Assembly (NCBI GenBank): GCA_034439755.1
Contig: JAWXAZ010000010.1
Span: 9,786 to 73,785 of the forward strand
Length of the DNA stretch: 64,000 nt
Direction: 5' to 3'
From: a bacterium
GTDB lineage: Bacteria; Bacteroidota; Bacteroidia; UKL13-3
The notes under the pieces were generated by a model. The model was given only the letters and a program-made list of their open reading frames with translations, was not told the origin of the DNA and searched no databases. Made by a program: the position numbers and the translations under genes. Positions 49,250-59,465 of this stretch are shown here, in pieces; positions within the stretch are counted from its first letter, which is position 1; each line of letters opens with the position of its first letter.

Positions 49250-51379
49250 ATGCAAGTGGAAAACTTCAATTACGACAACCGGATTGTCCGTAATTTCATC
49301 ATCGCCTCGGTCATTTTCGGGGTAGTAGGGATGTTGGTGGGATTGATAGCAGCAATCCAGCTTTACTATCCTGCCTTTAACTTTAATTTACCTTATACCT
49401 CTTTTGGTAGAATTAGGCCCTTGCACACCAATGCGGTCATTTTTGCTTTTGTAGGAAATGCAATTTTTGCAGGTATTTATTATTCCTTACAAAGGTTATG
49501 TAAAGCCCGGTTATTTAGTGATTTATTGAGTAATTTTCATTTTTGGGGTTGGCAATTAATTATTTTAGCTGCGGCAATAACATTGCCTTTGGGTATGACT
49601 ACCTCGCATGAATATGCCGAATTAGAGTGGCCTATTGATATTGCTATTGCAATTGTTTGGGTTGCTTTTGGAGTAAACATGATTGGAACCATCATTAAAC
49701 GTAGGGAGCGCCACATGTATGTTGCAATTTGGTTCTACCTCGCCACATTTATAACTGTAGCCGTTTTGCATATTGTAAACTCTTTTGAATTGCCAATTAG
49801 TTTTACAAAAAGTTATATGTTGTATGCAGGTGTTCAAGATGCTTTGGTTCAATGGTGGTATGGTCACAATGCAGTAGCGTTCTTTTTAACAACACCCTAT
49901 TTAGGTATGATGTATTACTACTTACCTAAAGCGGTTAATCGCCCCATATATTCATATAAACTGTCGATTTTACATTTTTGGACATTGATATTCTTGTACA
50001 TTTGGGCAGGCCCGCACCATTTATTATATTCTAGTTTACCAGATTGGGCTCAATCTATAGGGGTTGTTTTCTCTATTATGTTAATTGCACCATCATGGGG
50101 TGGTATGATTAATGGTTTGCTTACCTTACGTGGTGCTTGGGATAAAGTGAGAGATGAACCAGTATTGAAGTTTTTTGCGGTGGGTGTTACCGCTTATGGT
50201 ATGGCTACTTTTGAAGGACCTTTGTTAAGTTTGAAAAATGTGAATGCCATTGCGCATTTTACCGATTGGATTGTTGCACACGTTCACACAGGGGCATTGG
50301 GATGGAATGGTTTAATGACATTTGGTATGTTCTATTGGTTGGTACCAAAAATTTATGGCACCAATTTGTATTCTAAATCTTTAGCAAATACACACTTCTG
50401 GATTTCAACTTTAGGTATTTTGTTTTATGCTATTCCAATGTATTGGAGCGGATTTGCCCAAGGTATGATGTGGAAAGAATTCTTGCCAGAGGGAATGTTA
50501 AAATACCCTAATTTTTTAGAAACAACGCTACAAGTTATTCCAATGCATATTATGCGTTCTATAGGTGGTACCTTATTCTTATCGGGTGTGTTCGTTATGA
50601 TTTACAATTTGATGAAAACAGCCGCAACTGGCAAGTTAATTGCCAACGAGCCTGCATCTGCACCTGCTTTAGAGAAGAACTATATTGCTCAGGGAGCAAA
50701 TACATACTGGCATAAAGTATTCGAACGTAAGCCAGTTACATTTATCATGATAACCATTGTGGCTATTTTAATTGGCGGTATGGTCGAAATTATTCCAATG
50801 CTTACCATTAAGTCTAATATTCAAACAATTAGTAGTGTTAAACCTTATACACCCTTAGAGTTGCAGGGCAGAGATATTTACATTCGCGAAGGCTGTGTAA
50901 ATTGCCATTCCCAAATGATTCGTCCTTTTAGAAGTGAAACCGAAAGATATGGTGAATACTCAAAGGCTGGTGAATATGTTTACGATCATCCTTTCTTATG
51001 GGGATCTAAACGTACTGGTCCAGATTTAATGCGTGTAGGTGGAAAATACCCAGACAGTTGGCATTACAACCACATGATTGAGCCAAACTCTATGTCGCCA
51101 GGTTCTATTATGCCTGCTTATCCTTGGTTGGCCGAAAATGACTTGAACACCAGCAATACTGCCGACAAGATTAATGCGATGCGTACTTTAGGCGTGCCTT
51201 ATGAAGTTGGATTCGATAAAGTTGCAGAAGCAGATTTAATGAAGCAAGCAACGAAAATTGCCGATGGTTTAAGCAAAGATGGGTATCCTATTGAGGCCAA
51301 TAAAGAATTAGTGGCTTTGATTTCGTACCTACAAAGATTAGGAACCGATATTAAATTGAGCAAAACAGCAAGTAAATAA
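49250..51379 (+). CDS. ccoN: Cytochrome c oxidase cbb3-type, fused subunits I and II
   Basis: RPLHTN, QWWYGHN, WAGPHH, HVH, then CcoO part with CVNCHSQ and WGSKRTGPDL. Confidence 0.97.
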   Translation: MQVENFNYDNRIVRNFIIASVIFGVVGMLVGLIAAIQLYYPAFNFNLPYTSFGRIRPLHTNAVIFAFVGNAIFAGIYYSLQRLCKARLFSDLLSNFHFWGWQLIILAAAITLPLGMTTSHEYAELEWPIDIAIAIVWVAFGVNMIGTIIKRRERHMYVAIWFYLATFITVAVLHIVNSFELPISFTKSYMLYAGVQDALVQWWYGHNAVAFFLTTPYLGMMYYYLPKAVNRPIYSYKLSILHFWTLIFLYIWAGPHHLLYSSLPDWAQSIGVVFSIMLIAPSWGGMINGLLTLRGAWDKVRDEPVLKFFAVGVTAYGMATFEGPLLSLKNVNAIAHFTDWIVAHVHTGALGWNGLMTFGMFYWLVPKIYGTNLYSKSLANTHFWISTLGILFYAIPMYWSGFAQGMMWKEFLPEGMLKYPNFLETTLQVIPMHIMRSIGGTLFLSGVFVMIYNLMKTAATGKLIANEPASAPALEKNYIAQGANTYWHKVFERKPVTFIMITIVAILIGGMVEIIPMLTIKSNIQTISSVKPYTPLELQGRDIYIREGCVNCHSQMIRPFRSETERYGEYSKAGEYVYDHPFLWGSKRTGPDLMRVGGKYPDSWHYNHMIEPNSMSPGSIMPAYPWLAENDLNTSNTADKINAMRTLGVPYEVGFDKVAEADLMKQATKIADGLSKDGYPIEANKELVALISYLQRLGTDIKLSKTASK

Positions 51380-51386
51380 TCACACA

Positions 51387-51548
51387 ATGTTTAGACAACA
51401 TATCCAAAATATGGTGGGAATAGAATCGGGTTACCTGATTTTCTCTCTAATAGTATTCATGACTTTTTTTGTAGGAGTATTATGGTGGGTTTTTAAGGCC
51501 GACAAAAACTATATTAAGGATATGGAGCAAAAACCATTTGAAAATTAA
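51387..51548 (+). CDS. ccoQ: cbb3-type cytochrome c oxidase subunit CcoQ (53 aa, below the ORF-track cutoff)
   Basis: Translated by hand: MFRQHIQNMVGIESGYLIFSLIVFMTFFVGVLWWVFKADKNYIKDMEQKPFEN*, between ccoNO and ccoP. Confidence 0.9.
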   Translation: MFRQHIQNMVGIESGYLIFSLIVFMTFFVGVLWWVFKADKNYIKDMEQKPFEN

Positions 51549-51558
51549 AAATAAGATC

Positions 51559-52443
51559 ATGAAGCATAAATTATTTACCGTGTTAGCTTTGATGTTAATT
51601 GCAGGCACACTTTCGGCTCAAAATGCAGATGTTACTAGTTCTAATGTAGGATTAGGTACTTTGTTAGTTGCACTTAACGCCATACTTCTATTATTTGTCA
51701 TCTTCCTATTAGGTTCCTTATCGGCAGCTGTACAAAAGCTTCGTAAAGGTGGAGACCCTGATAAAGTTCAATTAAGTTGGTGGGAAAAGTTTGCCGCCTT
51801 AAAATCTGAAAAGTCGGAAGATGAATTGAGATTGGATGAAGACTATGATGGGATTCATGAATTGGATAATCCAACACCACCTTGGTTCAATTTTATTTTC
51901 CTAACAACTATCATTGTTGCGGTATTATATCTTTTGAATTACCATGTGTTAAAAATTGGTAATCTTCAAGTTGCAGAATATAATGTTGCTGTGGCCGAAT
52001 CAAAAGCAGAGGTAGATGCTTATTTGAAAAAATCGGGCAATTTAATAGATGAAAATAGTGTAACTCAATTAAACGATGCTAAGTCAATTAAAGAGGGTCA
52101 AGTTATTTTTATTGAAAAATGTGCCGTATGCCATTTAGCTGATGGTGGTGGTGTTGTTGGACCAAATCTTGCAGATGCTTATTGGATTCATGGAGGCGAT
52201 GTAAAGTCAATTTTTAAAATAATAAAATATGGTGTTCCTGCAAAAGGTATGATTTCTTGGCAAAATACTTTTAGTGGAAAGCAAATGCAATTGTTGTCTT
52301 CTTTTGTTATGTCTTTAAAAGGAACAACACCTGCTACAGCAAAAGAACCTCAAGGCGATTTACTTGTAGATGCTGGAGTAGCAATAATGGCAGCAGATAG
52401 CACAATAAAAGTTACAGAGCCCGCAGTACCTACTGCCAAATAG
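51559..52443 (+). CDS. ccoP: cbb3-type cytochrome c oxidase subunit III
   Basis: YDGIHELDNPTPPW, heme site CAVCH, GPNLAD.YWIHGG; ATG at 51559. Confidence 0.95.
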   Translation: MKHKLFTVLALMLIAGTLSAQNADVTSSNVGLGTLLVALNAILLLFVIFLLGSLSAAVQKLRKGGDPDKVQLSWWEKFAALKSEKSEDELRLDEDYDGIHELDNPTPPWFNFIFLTTIIVAVLYLLNYHVLKIGNLQVAEYNVAVAESKAEVDAYLKKSGNLIDENSVTQLNDAKSIKEGQVIFIEKCAVCHLADGGGVVGPNLADAYWIHGGDVKSIFKIIKYGVPAKGMISWQNTFSGKQMQLLSSFVMSLKGTTPATAKEPQGDLLVDAGVAIMAADSTIKVTEPAVPTAK

Positions 52444-52474
52444 ATTTACAAGTTTATTTTATTTTTTTTACATA

Positions 52475-52529
52475 AAAAGAAGTTCAATGATTTGTAAATT
52501 TACAAGTTGTTGGACTTCTTTTATTTTTT
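52475..52529 (+). terminator. Long RNA hairpin with U-rich tail between ccoP and ccoG
   Basis: About 22-bp stem whose four non-Watson-Crick positions are all G-U pairs on the + strand. Confidence 0.65.
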
Positions 52530-52537
52530 AGATTATT

Positions 52538-54010
52538 ATGAAAAGTGCAGAGCCATTGGCTGATGAACATTTTAGGGATGAATTATCAAATGTAGATAGG
52601 GATGGAAAAAGATTGTTCATTTTTCCTAAAAAACCAAAAGGGAAGTATTACGATTATAGAACATGGTTTAGTTGGTTTTTAATGGCATTGATGTTCTCTG
52701 GACCATTTTTAAAATTTGAAGGAAAACCGCTGCTTTTATTAAATGTTTTAGAAAGAAAGTTTATCATATTTGGTATGGTATTTTGGCCTCAAGACCTCAA
52801 TTTATTTGCCGTTTTGATGTTATCATTTGTGCTATTCATTGTTTTGTTTACAGTCCTATTCGGGCGTGTTTGGTGCGGTTGGGCTTGCCCGCAAACCATT
52901 TTTATGGAAATGCTCTTTAGAAAGGTTGAATACCTGATTGATGGCGATTACCAGAAGCAAAAAAAATTAAAGGAGCAAAATTGGAATGGTGAGAAAATAT
53001 TTAAACGGGGTTTAAAACATACCACATTTTGGATTTTATCTTTCCTTATAGCCAATACCTTTTTAGGATATATCATTGGCATTGATGAGCTAAAATTACT
53101 CGTAGTGGATGGGCCTATGGCACACATGGGAAAATTTGCTTCGTTATTAATTTTTACAACGGTATTTTATTTTGTATTTGCCCATTTGCGCGAATTGGTT
53201 TGTATTTTTATTTGTCCTTATGGCCGCTTGCAAGGATTGATGCTAGATAAGAATTCAATGGTGGTTGCCTACGATTTTGTGAGGGGCGAACCAAGAGGTA
53301 AAATAAAAAAACATGAGGAAGAAGCACCAAAAGGCGATTGTATCGATTGTAAACTTTGTGTGCATGTTTGTCCTACTGGCATCGACATTAGAAATGGCAC
53401 GCAGTTAGAATGTATAAATTGTACGGCTTGTATTGACGCTTGCGATGAGGTAATGGTTAAGATAGACAAGCCAAAAGGCTTAGTGCGGTTTGCTTCACTT
53501 AATAACATCAATGAAGGCACAAAATTAGGTCTGAACCTAAGAAATGGCGCTTACGGAATTGTTTTAGCATTGTTGTTTGGCGTTTTCCTTTACATGCTAA
53601 TCACTAGAAAGCAAATTGAAACAACCCTGTTGCGTACACCTGGCATGCTATACCAAAAACAAGAAGAGGGTAAAATAAGTAACTTATACAGCATCGAATT
53701 CGTTAACAAAACCTTTAAGGAATTGCCAATAGAACTAAAACTGATTGAACCAAAAGGCGAAATTCGTTTAGTGGATGGACAGTCGATTATGGTTCATAAA
53801 GAGACCGTTGGTAAATCTTCTTTCTTTTTGGTAATCAATGCCAATGAAGTGAAAAGAGTTTCTACACCTGTGGTTGTGGAAGTATGGAGCGATGGAAAAC
53901 TAATTGAAACCATGAATTCGAAGTTTAATGGCCCTATTTTTTCTGCTCATAAAGACTCCGAAGAGGAACACGAAAAGGATAAAGTTGACCATGATAAGGA
54001 TAAGAAATAA
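52538..54010 (+). CDS. ccoG: Cytochrome c oxidase accessory protein
   Basis: GRVWCGWACPQT, CPYGRLQ and two 4Fe-4S motifs (CIDCKLCVHVCP, CINCTACIDAC). Confidence 0.96.
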   Translation: MKSAEPLADEHFRDELSNVDRDGKRLFIFPKKPKGKYYDYRTWFSWFLMALMFSGPFLKFEGKPLLLLNVLERKFIIFGMVFWPQDLNLFAVLMLSFVLFIVLFTVLFGRVWCGWACPQTIFMEMLFRKVEYLIDGDYQKQKKLKEQNWNGEKIFKRGLKHTTFWILSFLIANTFLGYIIGIDELKLLVVDGPMAHMGKFASLLIFTTVFYFVFAHLRELVCIFICPYGRLQGLMLDKNSMVVAYDFVRGEPRGKIKKHEEEAPKGDCIDCKLCVHVCPTGIDIRNGTQLECINCTACIDACDEVMVKIDKPKGLVRFASLNNINEGTKLGLNLRNGAYGIVLALLFGVFLYMLITRKQIETTLLRTPGMLYQKQEEGKISNLYSIEFVNKTFKELPIELKLIEPKGEIRLVDGQSIMVHKETVGKSSFFLVINANEVKRVSTPVVVEVWSDGKLIETMNSKFNGPIFSAHKDSEEEHEKDKVDHDKDKK

Positions 54011-54059
54011 AAGGATTAGTTAGCTATATTTGAAAGGATTTAAATAAACTTAACAGATA

Positions 54060-54515
54060 ATGATTAAAATAAATTGGGGAACCAAATTGGCGTTTTTTGC
54101 TATATTATTCATGATTTTTGTGGTAAGCATGGTGGTGGTGATATCTAGGCAAGATATGCCATTGGTAGAAGACGATTATTACGAAAAGGGCATAAATTAT
54201 CAAACTCAAATAGACAATTTTGCACAAGTAGATAGCCTTATTACCATGGAAATTGGTAACATGCAAAATGGAAGTGAAGATAAAGGCAAAACCTTGTTCA
54301 TAGAAAAGAAATCGGATGGAGATATTGAGAATGCAGAATTGTTTTATTACAGACCCTCGGATTCGAAATTAGACCAGCATCAAAGGCTCCCATTGCCCTC
54401 AAAGAAACTCATTGCTTTGCCATTAAACGATCTTATGCCAGGCAAATGGATTATTAAATTTACTTGGATGCAAGGCGATAAAAAATTCGAATTGCAGAAA
54501 GAGTTCGACCGCTAA
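54060..54515 (+). CDS. ccoH: FixH/CcoH family protein
   Basis: INWGT, one TM segment, LVEDDYYEKG and YRPSD. Confidence 0.88.
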   Translation: MIKINWGTKLAFFAILFMIFVVSMVVVISRQDMPLVEDDYYEKGINYQTQIDNFAQVDSLITMEIGNMQNGSEDKGKTLFIEKKSDGDIENAELFYYRPSDSKLDQHQRLPLPSKKLIALPLNDLMPGKWIIKFTWMQGDKKFELQKEFDR

Positions 54516-55210
54516 TGTTGTTTCTCACAGCCTTTCTCACCGGTTTGTTTGGAAGCTTTCATTGCGCTGGAATGTGCGGCCCAATTGCTTTTGCCCTGCC
54601 AGGTAGCGCAAGTAATGGCGCAAAATTTTACCTAGGAAGGCTATTGTATAATTTTGGAAGAATGTTTAGCTATGCCCTTTTGGGGCTGGTATTTGGCGCA
54701 TTTGGACTCGGTTTAAAATTGGCAGGTTGGCAGCAATCGGTTAGCATTGCCGCAGGCATATTCATACTTTTTATAGTATTATACCAATACTATTTTAAAA
54801 AAGGAAGCTTCTTTAACATACTCTCCCTCTTTTCGAGTAGTGCTGTGAAAAAATTGTTTGGCTCAAAAAATATTTGGGCCTTATTTGGCATTGGAATGGT
54901 GAATGGATTCTTACCATGCGGCTTCGTTTATATAGCCATTTTAGGCGCAAGTACCACCCAAGATTTGTTCTATGGTGCATTGTTTATGCTGTGTTTTGGA
55001 CTAGGCACCCTGCCTATGATGTTTGGGGTTTCCATTATTGGCCAATTTATTTCATCAGGTATTCGACAAAAGTTGAATAAATTAAGTCCGGTTTTTGCCA
55101 TACTCATAGCCATTTTATTCATACTTCGCGGCCTAAATTTAGGCATCCCTTATGTTAGTCCGGTTATTGCTACCGACCAAGAAAAAATAGAAAACTGCGA
55201 TTCGCACTAA
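54515..55210 (+). CDS. DsbD_2 / TauE-SafE-like membrane protein of cco loci
   Basis: HCAGMCGPI, YNFGR, GFLPCGFVY and FGLGTLP. Confidence 0.9.
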   Translation: MLFLTAFLTGLFGSFHCAGMCGPIAFALPGSASNGAKFYLGRLLYNFGRMFSYALLGLVFGAFGLGLKLAGWQQSVSIAAGIFILFIVLYQYYFKKGSFFNILSLFSSSAVKKLFGSKNIWALFGIGMVNGFLPCGFVYIAILGASTTQDLFYGALFMLCFGLGTLPMMFGVSIIGQFISSGIRQKLNKLSPVFAILIAILFILRGLNLGIPYVSPVIATDQEKIENCDSH

Positions 55211-55252
55211 TATTTTGTTATCCTTGTTGCATCAATTAGTTTTGCAAAGTCA

Positions 55253-56410
55253 ATGGGGTTTAAATGGAAGCGCTATTTTAGGTTAAGAAGGTGGGTTAAA
55301 AGTATTTCTTTTTTCCTGTCTGATCCTATTGCGCCTTTGATAACCATTGATTCGGATGGCCGTAAACATTTGCTGCTTATTAAAACCGAAGCCATAGGAG
55401 ATTATATTCTTTTTAGAAATTTTCTTCAAAGTGTGCGAGAAAGTGAAGCCTACAAAGACCACCACATTAGCTTAATTGGCAATGAAATTTGGAAGCCACT
55501 CTTTCAAAAATTAGACCTTAATTATGTGGATACCGCTTATTTTATAAACCGCAATTTGTTTATGACGGTGGCAAGCTATCGCAAAGATTTCTTTAATAAT
55601 TTTAACACCATAAACTTTAATGCCATCGTAAATTGTACCCACTCTCGTGAGTTTCTGTTGGGCGATTTAATGGTGCGTGCTTTGGCCAGCAAAAACAAGA
55701 TTGGCATGGAAGGCGACTCGGTTAGTGAGATACCACCACTTAAACTTTTAGGCAATACCTTTTACACACGCTTAATTGGTTCAAACCGAAATAACTACTT
55801 TGAATTTGCGCGAAACAAACATTTTTTTGAGCAGTTGTTATCTACTAAAATTTCACTTAATTATCCGCAAATTGAACACGAAGAAGTAGCGAAAAAATTT
55901 GTGGTGATGTTACCTGGTGCGCAAGATAAAGTGCGCCAATGGCCTAGTGAAAGGTTTAAAGAATTGGCACAAAAAATACATGATGTGCATGGTTACGAAA
56001 TTATTTTATCTGGCTCAGCGGCAGAAAAGGCAGCAGCAGAATTAATTTTGGATGCAGAAAATGCTGCTTATATTAAGAATTTTTGTGGTGTAACCGCCTT
56101 GGGCGATTTGCCTAAACTCCTTGCTGGTGCGGTGTTGGCGATTTGCAATGATTCTGGAACTTTACACATGGCAGCGGCTTTAAATGTGCCTACTGTGTGT
56201 ATTTCAAATGGCAATCATTATGGTAGATTTTCACCTTATCCAGAGGCAAAAGGGCGTAAATTAGCTTTTTTATATCCACCTTCTTTTTTAGCTGAATATG
56301 AAAGTGAAGATGCCCGCAGAAAAGAGATGGCTTTTGGCTCAAGATATACAATTGCTTCTATTGGAGTGGAGGAAGCGTGGCTTGTTATAGAAAGGATATT
56401 GAATGACTGA
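55253..56410 (+). CDS. Glycosyltransferase family 9 (heptosyltransferase-like)
   Basis: AIGDYIL, PGA...RQWP and NDSGTLHMAAALNVP. Confidence 0.92.
   Translation: MGFKWKRYFRLRRWVKSISFFLSDPIAPLITIDSDGRKHLLLIKTEAIGDYILFRNFLQSVRESEAYKDHHISLIGNEIWKPLFQKLDLNYVDTAYFINRNLFMTVASYRKDFFNNFNTINFNAIVNCTHSREFLLGDLMVRALASKNKIGMEGDSVSEIPPLKLLGNTFYTRLIGSNRNNYFEFARNKHFFEQLLSTKISLNYPQIEHEEVAKKFVVMLPGAQDKVRQWPSERFKELAQKIHDVHGYEIILSGSAAEKAAAELILDAENAAYIKNFCGVTALGDLPKLLAGAVLAICNDSGTLHMAAALNVPTVCISNGNHYGRFSPYPEAKGRKLAFLYPPSFLAEYESEDARRKEMAFGSRYTIASIGVEEAWLVIERILND
55776..55790 (+). repeat. Dispersed motif TTGGTTCARACCGAA, exact copy (coding)
   Basis: ttggttcaaaccgaa; reads IGSNRN. Confidence 0.75.
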
Positions 56411-56987
56411 TACAATTTTATTGATAGATAATTTTGATAGTTTTAGCTATATGTTGGCCGATTATCTAATGCAAACTGGAGTAACTTGTGAGGTGCGTAG
56501 AAATGATGATAGGGCATTGTTGCATTTGGATCCTAAAGCCTATTTGGCCTTAGTTATTTCGCCCGGACCAGGTAGGCCAGAAGAGGCAGGTTTGTTAATG
56601 GAAGTGCTGCCAAATTGGGTTAATTGTAAGCCTATTTTGGGCGTTTGTTTGGGGCACCAAGCTATCGGAATTTACTTTGGCGCCAAGTTGGTAAAGGCAA
56701 AATTACCACGACATGGAAAGGTTGATGGAGTGGCACATAAGGGTGATTTATTGTTTGAGGGCGTGCCAAATGATTTTTTTGCTACCCGTTATCACAGTTT
56801 GATTTTGGAAGAATTTCCATATAAATTGGAGGCTATTTGTGCCTGTGAGAATGAAATAATGGGGCTGGTTCATAAAGAATTACCCGTTTATGGGATTCAA
56901 TTTCATCCCGAGAGTTGTCAAACTCCCGAAGGGATTAAAATGATAAAAAACTTTATAGACTTGGCGAAAAGAATTGCTCAAAACTAA
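56403..56987 (+). CDS. Aminodeoxychorismate/anthranilate synthase component II (PabA/TrpG-type glutamine amidotransferase)
   Basis: IDNFDSF, SPGPG, GVCLGHQ, RYHSL and QFHPES. Confidence 0.95.
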   Translation: MTDTILLIDNFDSFSYMLADYLMQTGVTCEVRRNDDRALLHLDPKAYLALVISPGPGRPEEAGLLMEVLPNWVNCKPILGVCLGHQAIGIYFGAKLVKAKLPRHGKVDGVAHKGDLLFEGVPNDFFATRYHSLILEEFPYKLEAICACENEIMGLVHKELPVYGIQFHPESCQTPEGIKMIKNFIDLAKRIAQN

Positions 56988-57021
56988 ATTTGTCTATATT
57001 TGACTGAGAATAATTATTTGC

Positions 57022-57786
57022 ATGGATTATCATATTCAGAAAGAGGGAAAGTTTAATTACATCGACCAAGGCGAAGGTGAGGTATTGGTATTATTGCATG
57101 GGTTATTTGGTGCCTTAAGTAATTGGAAGGATGTATTAGATCATTTTAGTAAAGATTACAGGGTGGTAATTCCTTTGATGCCCATCTTTGAAATGAATAT
57201 TTTAAAACTAAGTGTGGAAGGCTTGGCCAACTATATTCATGATTTTATAGAGCACAAGGCTTTTTCAAAAGTTCACCTTTTGGGCAATTCTTTGGGCGGG
57301 CACGTGGCTTTGGTTTATATTAAAAAGTATCCTCAAAAGGTGGAGACTTTGCTGCTTACGGGTAGTTCTGGCTTATATGAAAATGCATTTGGCGCATCGT
57401 ATCCTCGCAAAGGAGATAAACAGTATTTAAGAGATAGGATAAGTTTAACTTTTTACGACCCAGCCTCCACAACCGATGAGTTGGTTGAGGAGGTATATGA
57501 GACTATTCAGGATAAAGGTAAATTGTTGCGCATATTAACCATGGCAAAATCTGCCATTAGGCATAATATGCGGAAAGATTTGCCTAATTTTAAAATGCCA
57601 GTTTGCTTAATTTGGGGCAAACAAGATACCATTACACCTCCCGAAGTTTGCGAAGAGTTTAACCAGCTTTTTCCAAATTCTGAAATGCATTATATTGACA
57701 AATGCGGACATGCTCCAATGATGGAGCACCCTAGAGAATTCAACGAATTGGCCTCGCAATTTTACCATAAACACATAAAGATTTAA
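57022..57786 (+). CDS. Alpha/beta fold hydrolase
   Basis: LHGLFG, GNSLGG nucleophile elbow and CGHAPMME. Confidence 0.93.
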   Translation: MDYHIQKEGKFNYIDQGEGEVLVLLHGLFGALSNWKDVLDHFSKDYRVVIPLMPIFEMNILKLSVEGLANYIHDFIEHKAFSKVHLLGNSLGGHVALVYIKKYPQKVETLLLTGSSGLYENAFGASYPRKGDKQYLRDRISLTFYDPASTTDELVEEVYETIQDKGKLLRILTMAKSAIRHNMRKDLPNFKMPVCLIWGKQDTITPPEVCEEFNQLFPNSEMHYIDKCGHAPMMEHPREFNELASQFYHKHIKI

Positions 57787-57787
57787 G

Positions 57788-58450
57788 ATGTTTGCCATAC
57801 AATTTATTTCTGGAGAATTATTTCCTTTAAAAAAATCGGATAGCATTGAGTCGGCCTTGTTATTTATGGACGATTGGAATGTAAATGAACTGCCGGTTGT
57901 TGAGGGCGGGAAAATACTTGGTTTTGTAAGTGAGAAAGCACTGCAAACACAAAATCAAGAACGAATAGACCTTTGCATGGATGTGCATATTGATCCTTAT
58001 ATCATCAATGAAAATACCCATTTATTTGATATTTGGCTTCGCATGCATCAATACCAGTTTGAAACGCTTGCTGTGCTAAATGCCGATGAGCAGTTTTTGG
58101 GCATTGTTTCTTTAAAAGATTTGGGTATTCAGTCGTTTGCACATAGCACTTTAATGCAAGAGGGCTCTACGCTTGTTATAAAAGTTCAGGCTATTCAATA
58201 TTCATTGGCAGAGATTTCGAGAATATGCGAATCCAATGATGCAAAAATCATCTACCTATTTGTGGAACCCATAATGGATAGTGAAAATACCTTATATGTT
58301 TCGCTTAAAATGAACAAGGTTTATTTAAACCATGTGATAGCCAGTTTAGAGCGGTTCGGGTATCAAATCATCCACACAAATTCGCCATTAGATCCAAATC
58401 AATCTTTGGACGATAGATATAATTGGTTGGTAAAATATTTAAATACTTAA
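57788..58450 (+). CDS. CBS domain-containing protein
   Basis: LPVV...LGFVS CBS pair; YSLAEISRICESNDAKI; usual position upstream of nadK. Confidence 0.88.
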   Translation: MFAIQFISGELFPLKKSDSIESALLFMDDWNVNELPVVEGGKILGFVSEKALQTQNQERIDLCMDVHIDPYIINENTHLFDIWLRMHQYQFETLAVLNADEQFLGIVSLKDLGIQSFAHSTLMQEGSTLVIKVQAIQYSLAEISRICESNDAKIIYLFVEPIMDSENTLYVSLKMNKVYLNHVIASLERFGYQIIHTNSPLDPNQSLDDRYNWLVKYLNT

Positions 58451-58451
58451 T

Positions 58452-59345
58452 ATGCAATTAGCAATCTACGGTAAGTATTTTAAGGAAGAAAGATTTGTAG
58501 AGATTCAGCAGTTTTTTGATGCCTTAATTTCCAGTAATGTACCATTTACAATCTATAGGAAATATTACGATGATTGCATGCGAAATGGATTGCATTTGCC
58601 TCACGGCCTAAAAACCTTTAATGGTTACGACGATTTTGACGCTGTTAAAACTGATTTTTTTGTGAGCATTGGCGGAGATGGCACCATCTTGAATAGCTTG
58701 GAAATTGTACGTGAGGTGCCAATACCCGTTGTGGGCATAAACACGGGGCGACTAGGTTTTTTAGCAGGTGTTGCCGCTAAGGATGCTGCGCAATTAATTG
58801 AAGATTTGGATAAGGGGCATTTTTCAATCGACAAAAGAACCTTGTTGGAATTGTCGTCTGATAAGAAAATGTTTGGCGGGGTAAAATATGCTTTAAACGA
58901 TTTTGTTATTCATAAAAAGGATAGTTCTAGCATGATTACCATTCATACCTATATCAATGGTGAGTTCTTAAATTCCTATTGGAGCGATGGTTTAATTATT
59001 TCGACCCCTACAGGCTCTACAGGCTATAATTTGAGTTGTGGCGGTCCTATTCTTTATCCTGCTTCCCAAAGTTTTGTGATTACGCCAATTGCCCCTCATA
59101 ATTTAAATGTGCGTCCCATGATTGTTTCGGATCAGAACGTAATTTCTTTTGAAGTGGAAGGCAGGGGTTCTAGCTTTTTGGCCACCCTCGATTCGAGGTC
59201 GGAAACCATCAATAACAAAACTCAATTGGCCATCAAAAAAGCAGAATTCTGTTTGAACCTAGTGCGCTTGAATGGAGAAAATTACCTACAAACCCTGCGC
59301 GAAAAATTATTGTGGGGTTACGACAATCGGAATTTCCGAATTTAA
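58452..59345 (+). CDS. nadK: NAD kinase
   Basis: GGDGT, GINTGRLGFL, LND and DGLIISTPTGSTGYNLS. Confidence 0.96.
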   Translation: MQLAIYGKYFKEERFVEIQQFFDALISSNVPFTIYRKYYDDCMRNGLHLPHGLKTFNGYDDFDAVKTDFFVSIGGDGTILNSLEIVREVPIPVVGINTGRLGFLAGVAAKDAAQLIEDLDKGHFSIDKRTLLELSSDKKMFGGVKYALNDFVIHKKDSSSMITIHTYINGEFLNSYWSDGLIISTPTGSTGYNLSCGGPILYPASQSFVITPIAPHNLNVRPMIVSDQNVISFEVEGRGSSFLATLDSRSETINNKTQLAIKKAEFCLNLVRLNGENYLQTLREKLLWGYDNRNFRI

Positions 59346-59465
59346 CCTAGCTCTGGCCTTGATTTGCAGCATTTAAGGCAAAATGGCTCATTTTTTTTTC
59401 ATACCAAATTCATATTCCCTTGCGTTAATGTTGCTGGTTTACTATTTTTCAGTATTTTTGCTTTT

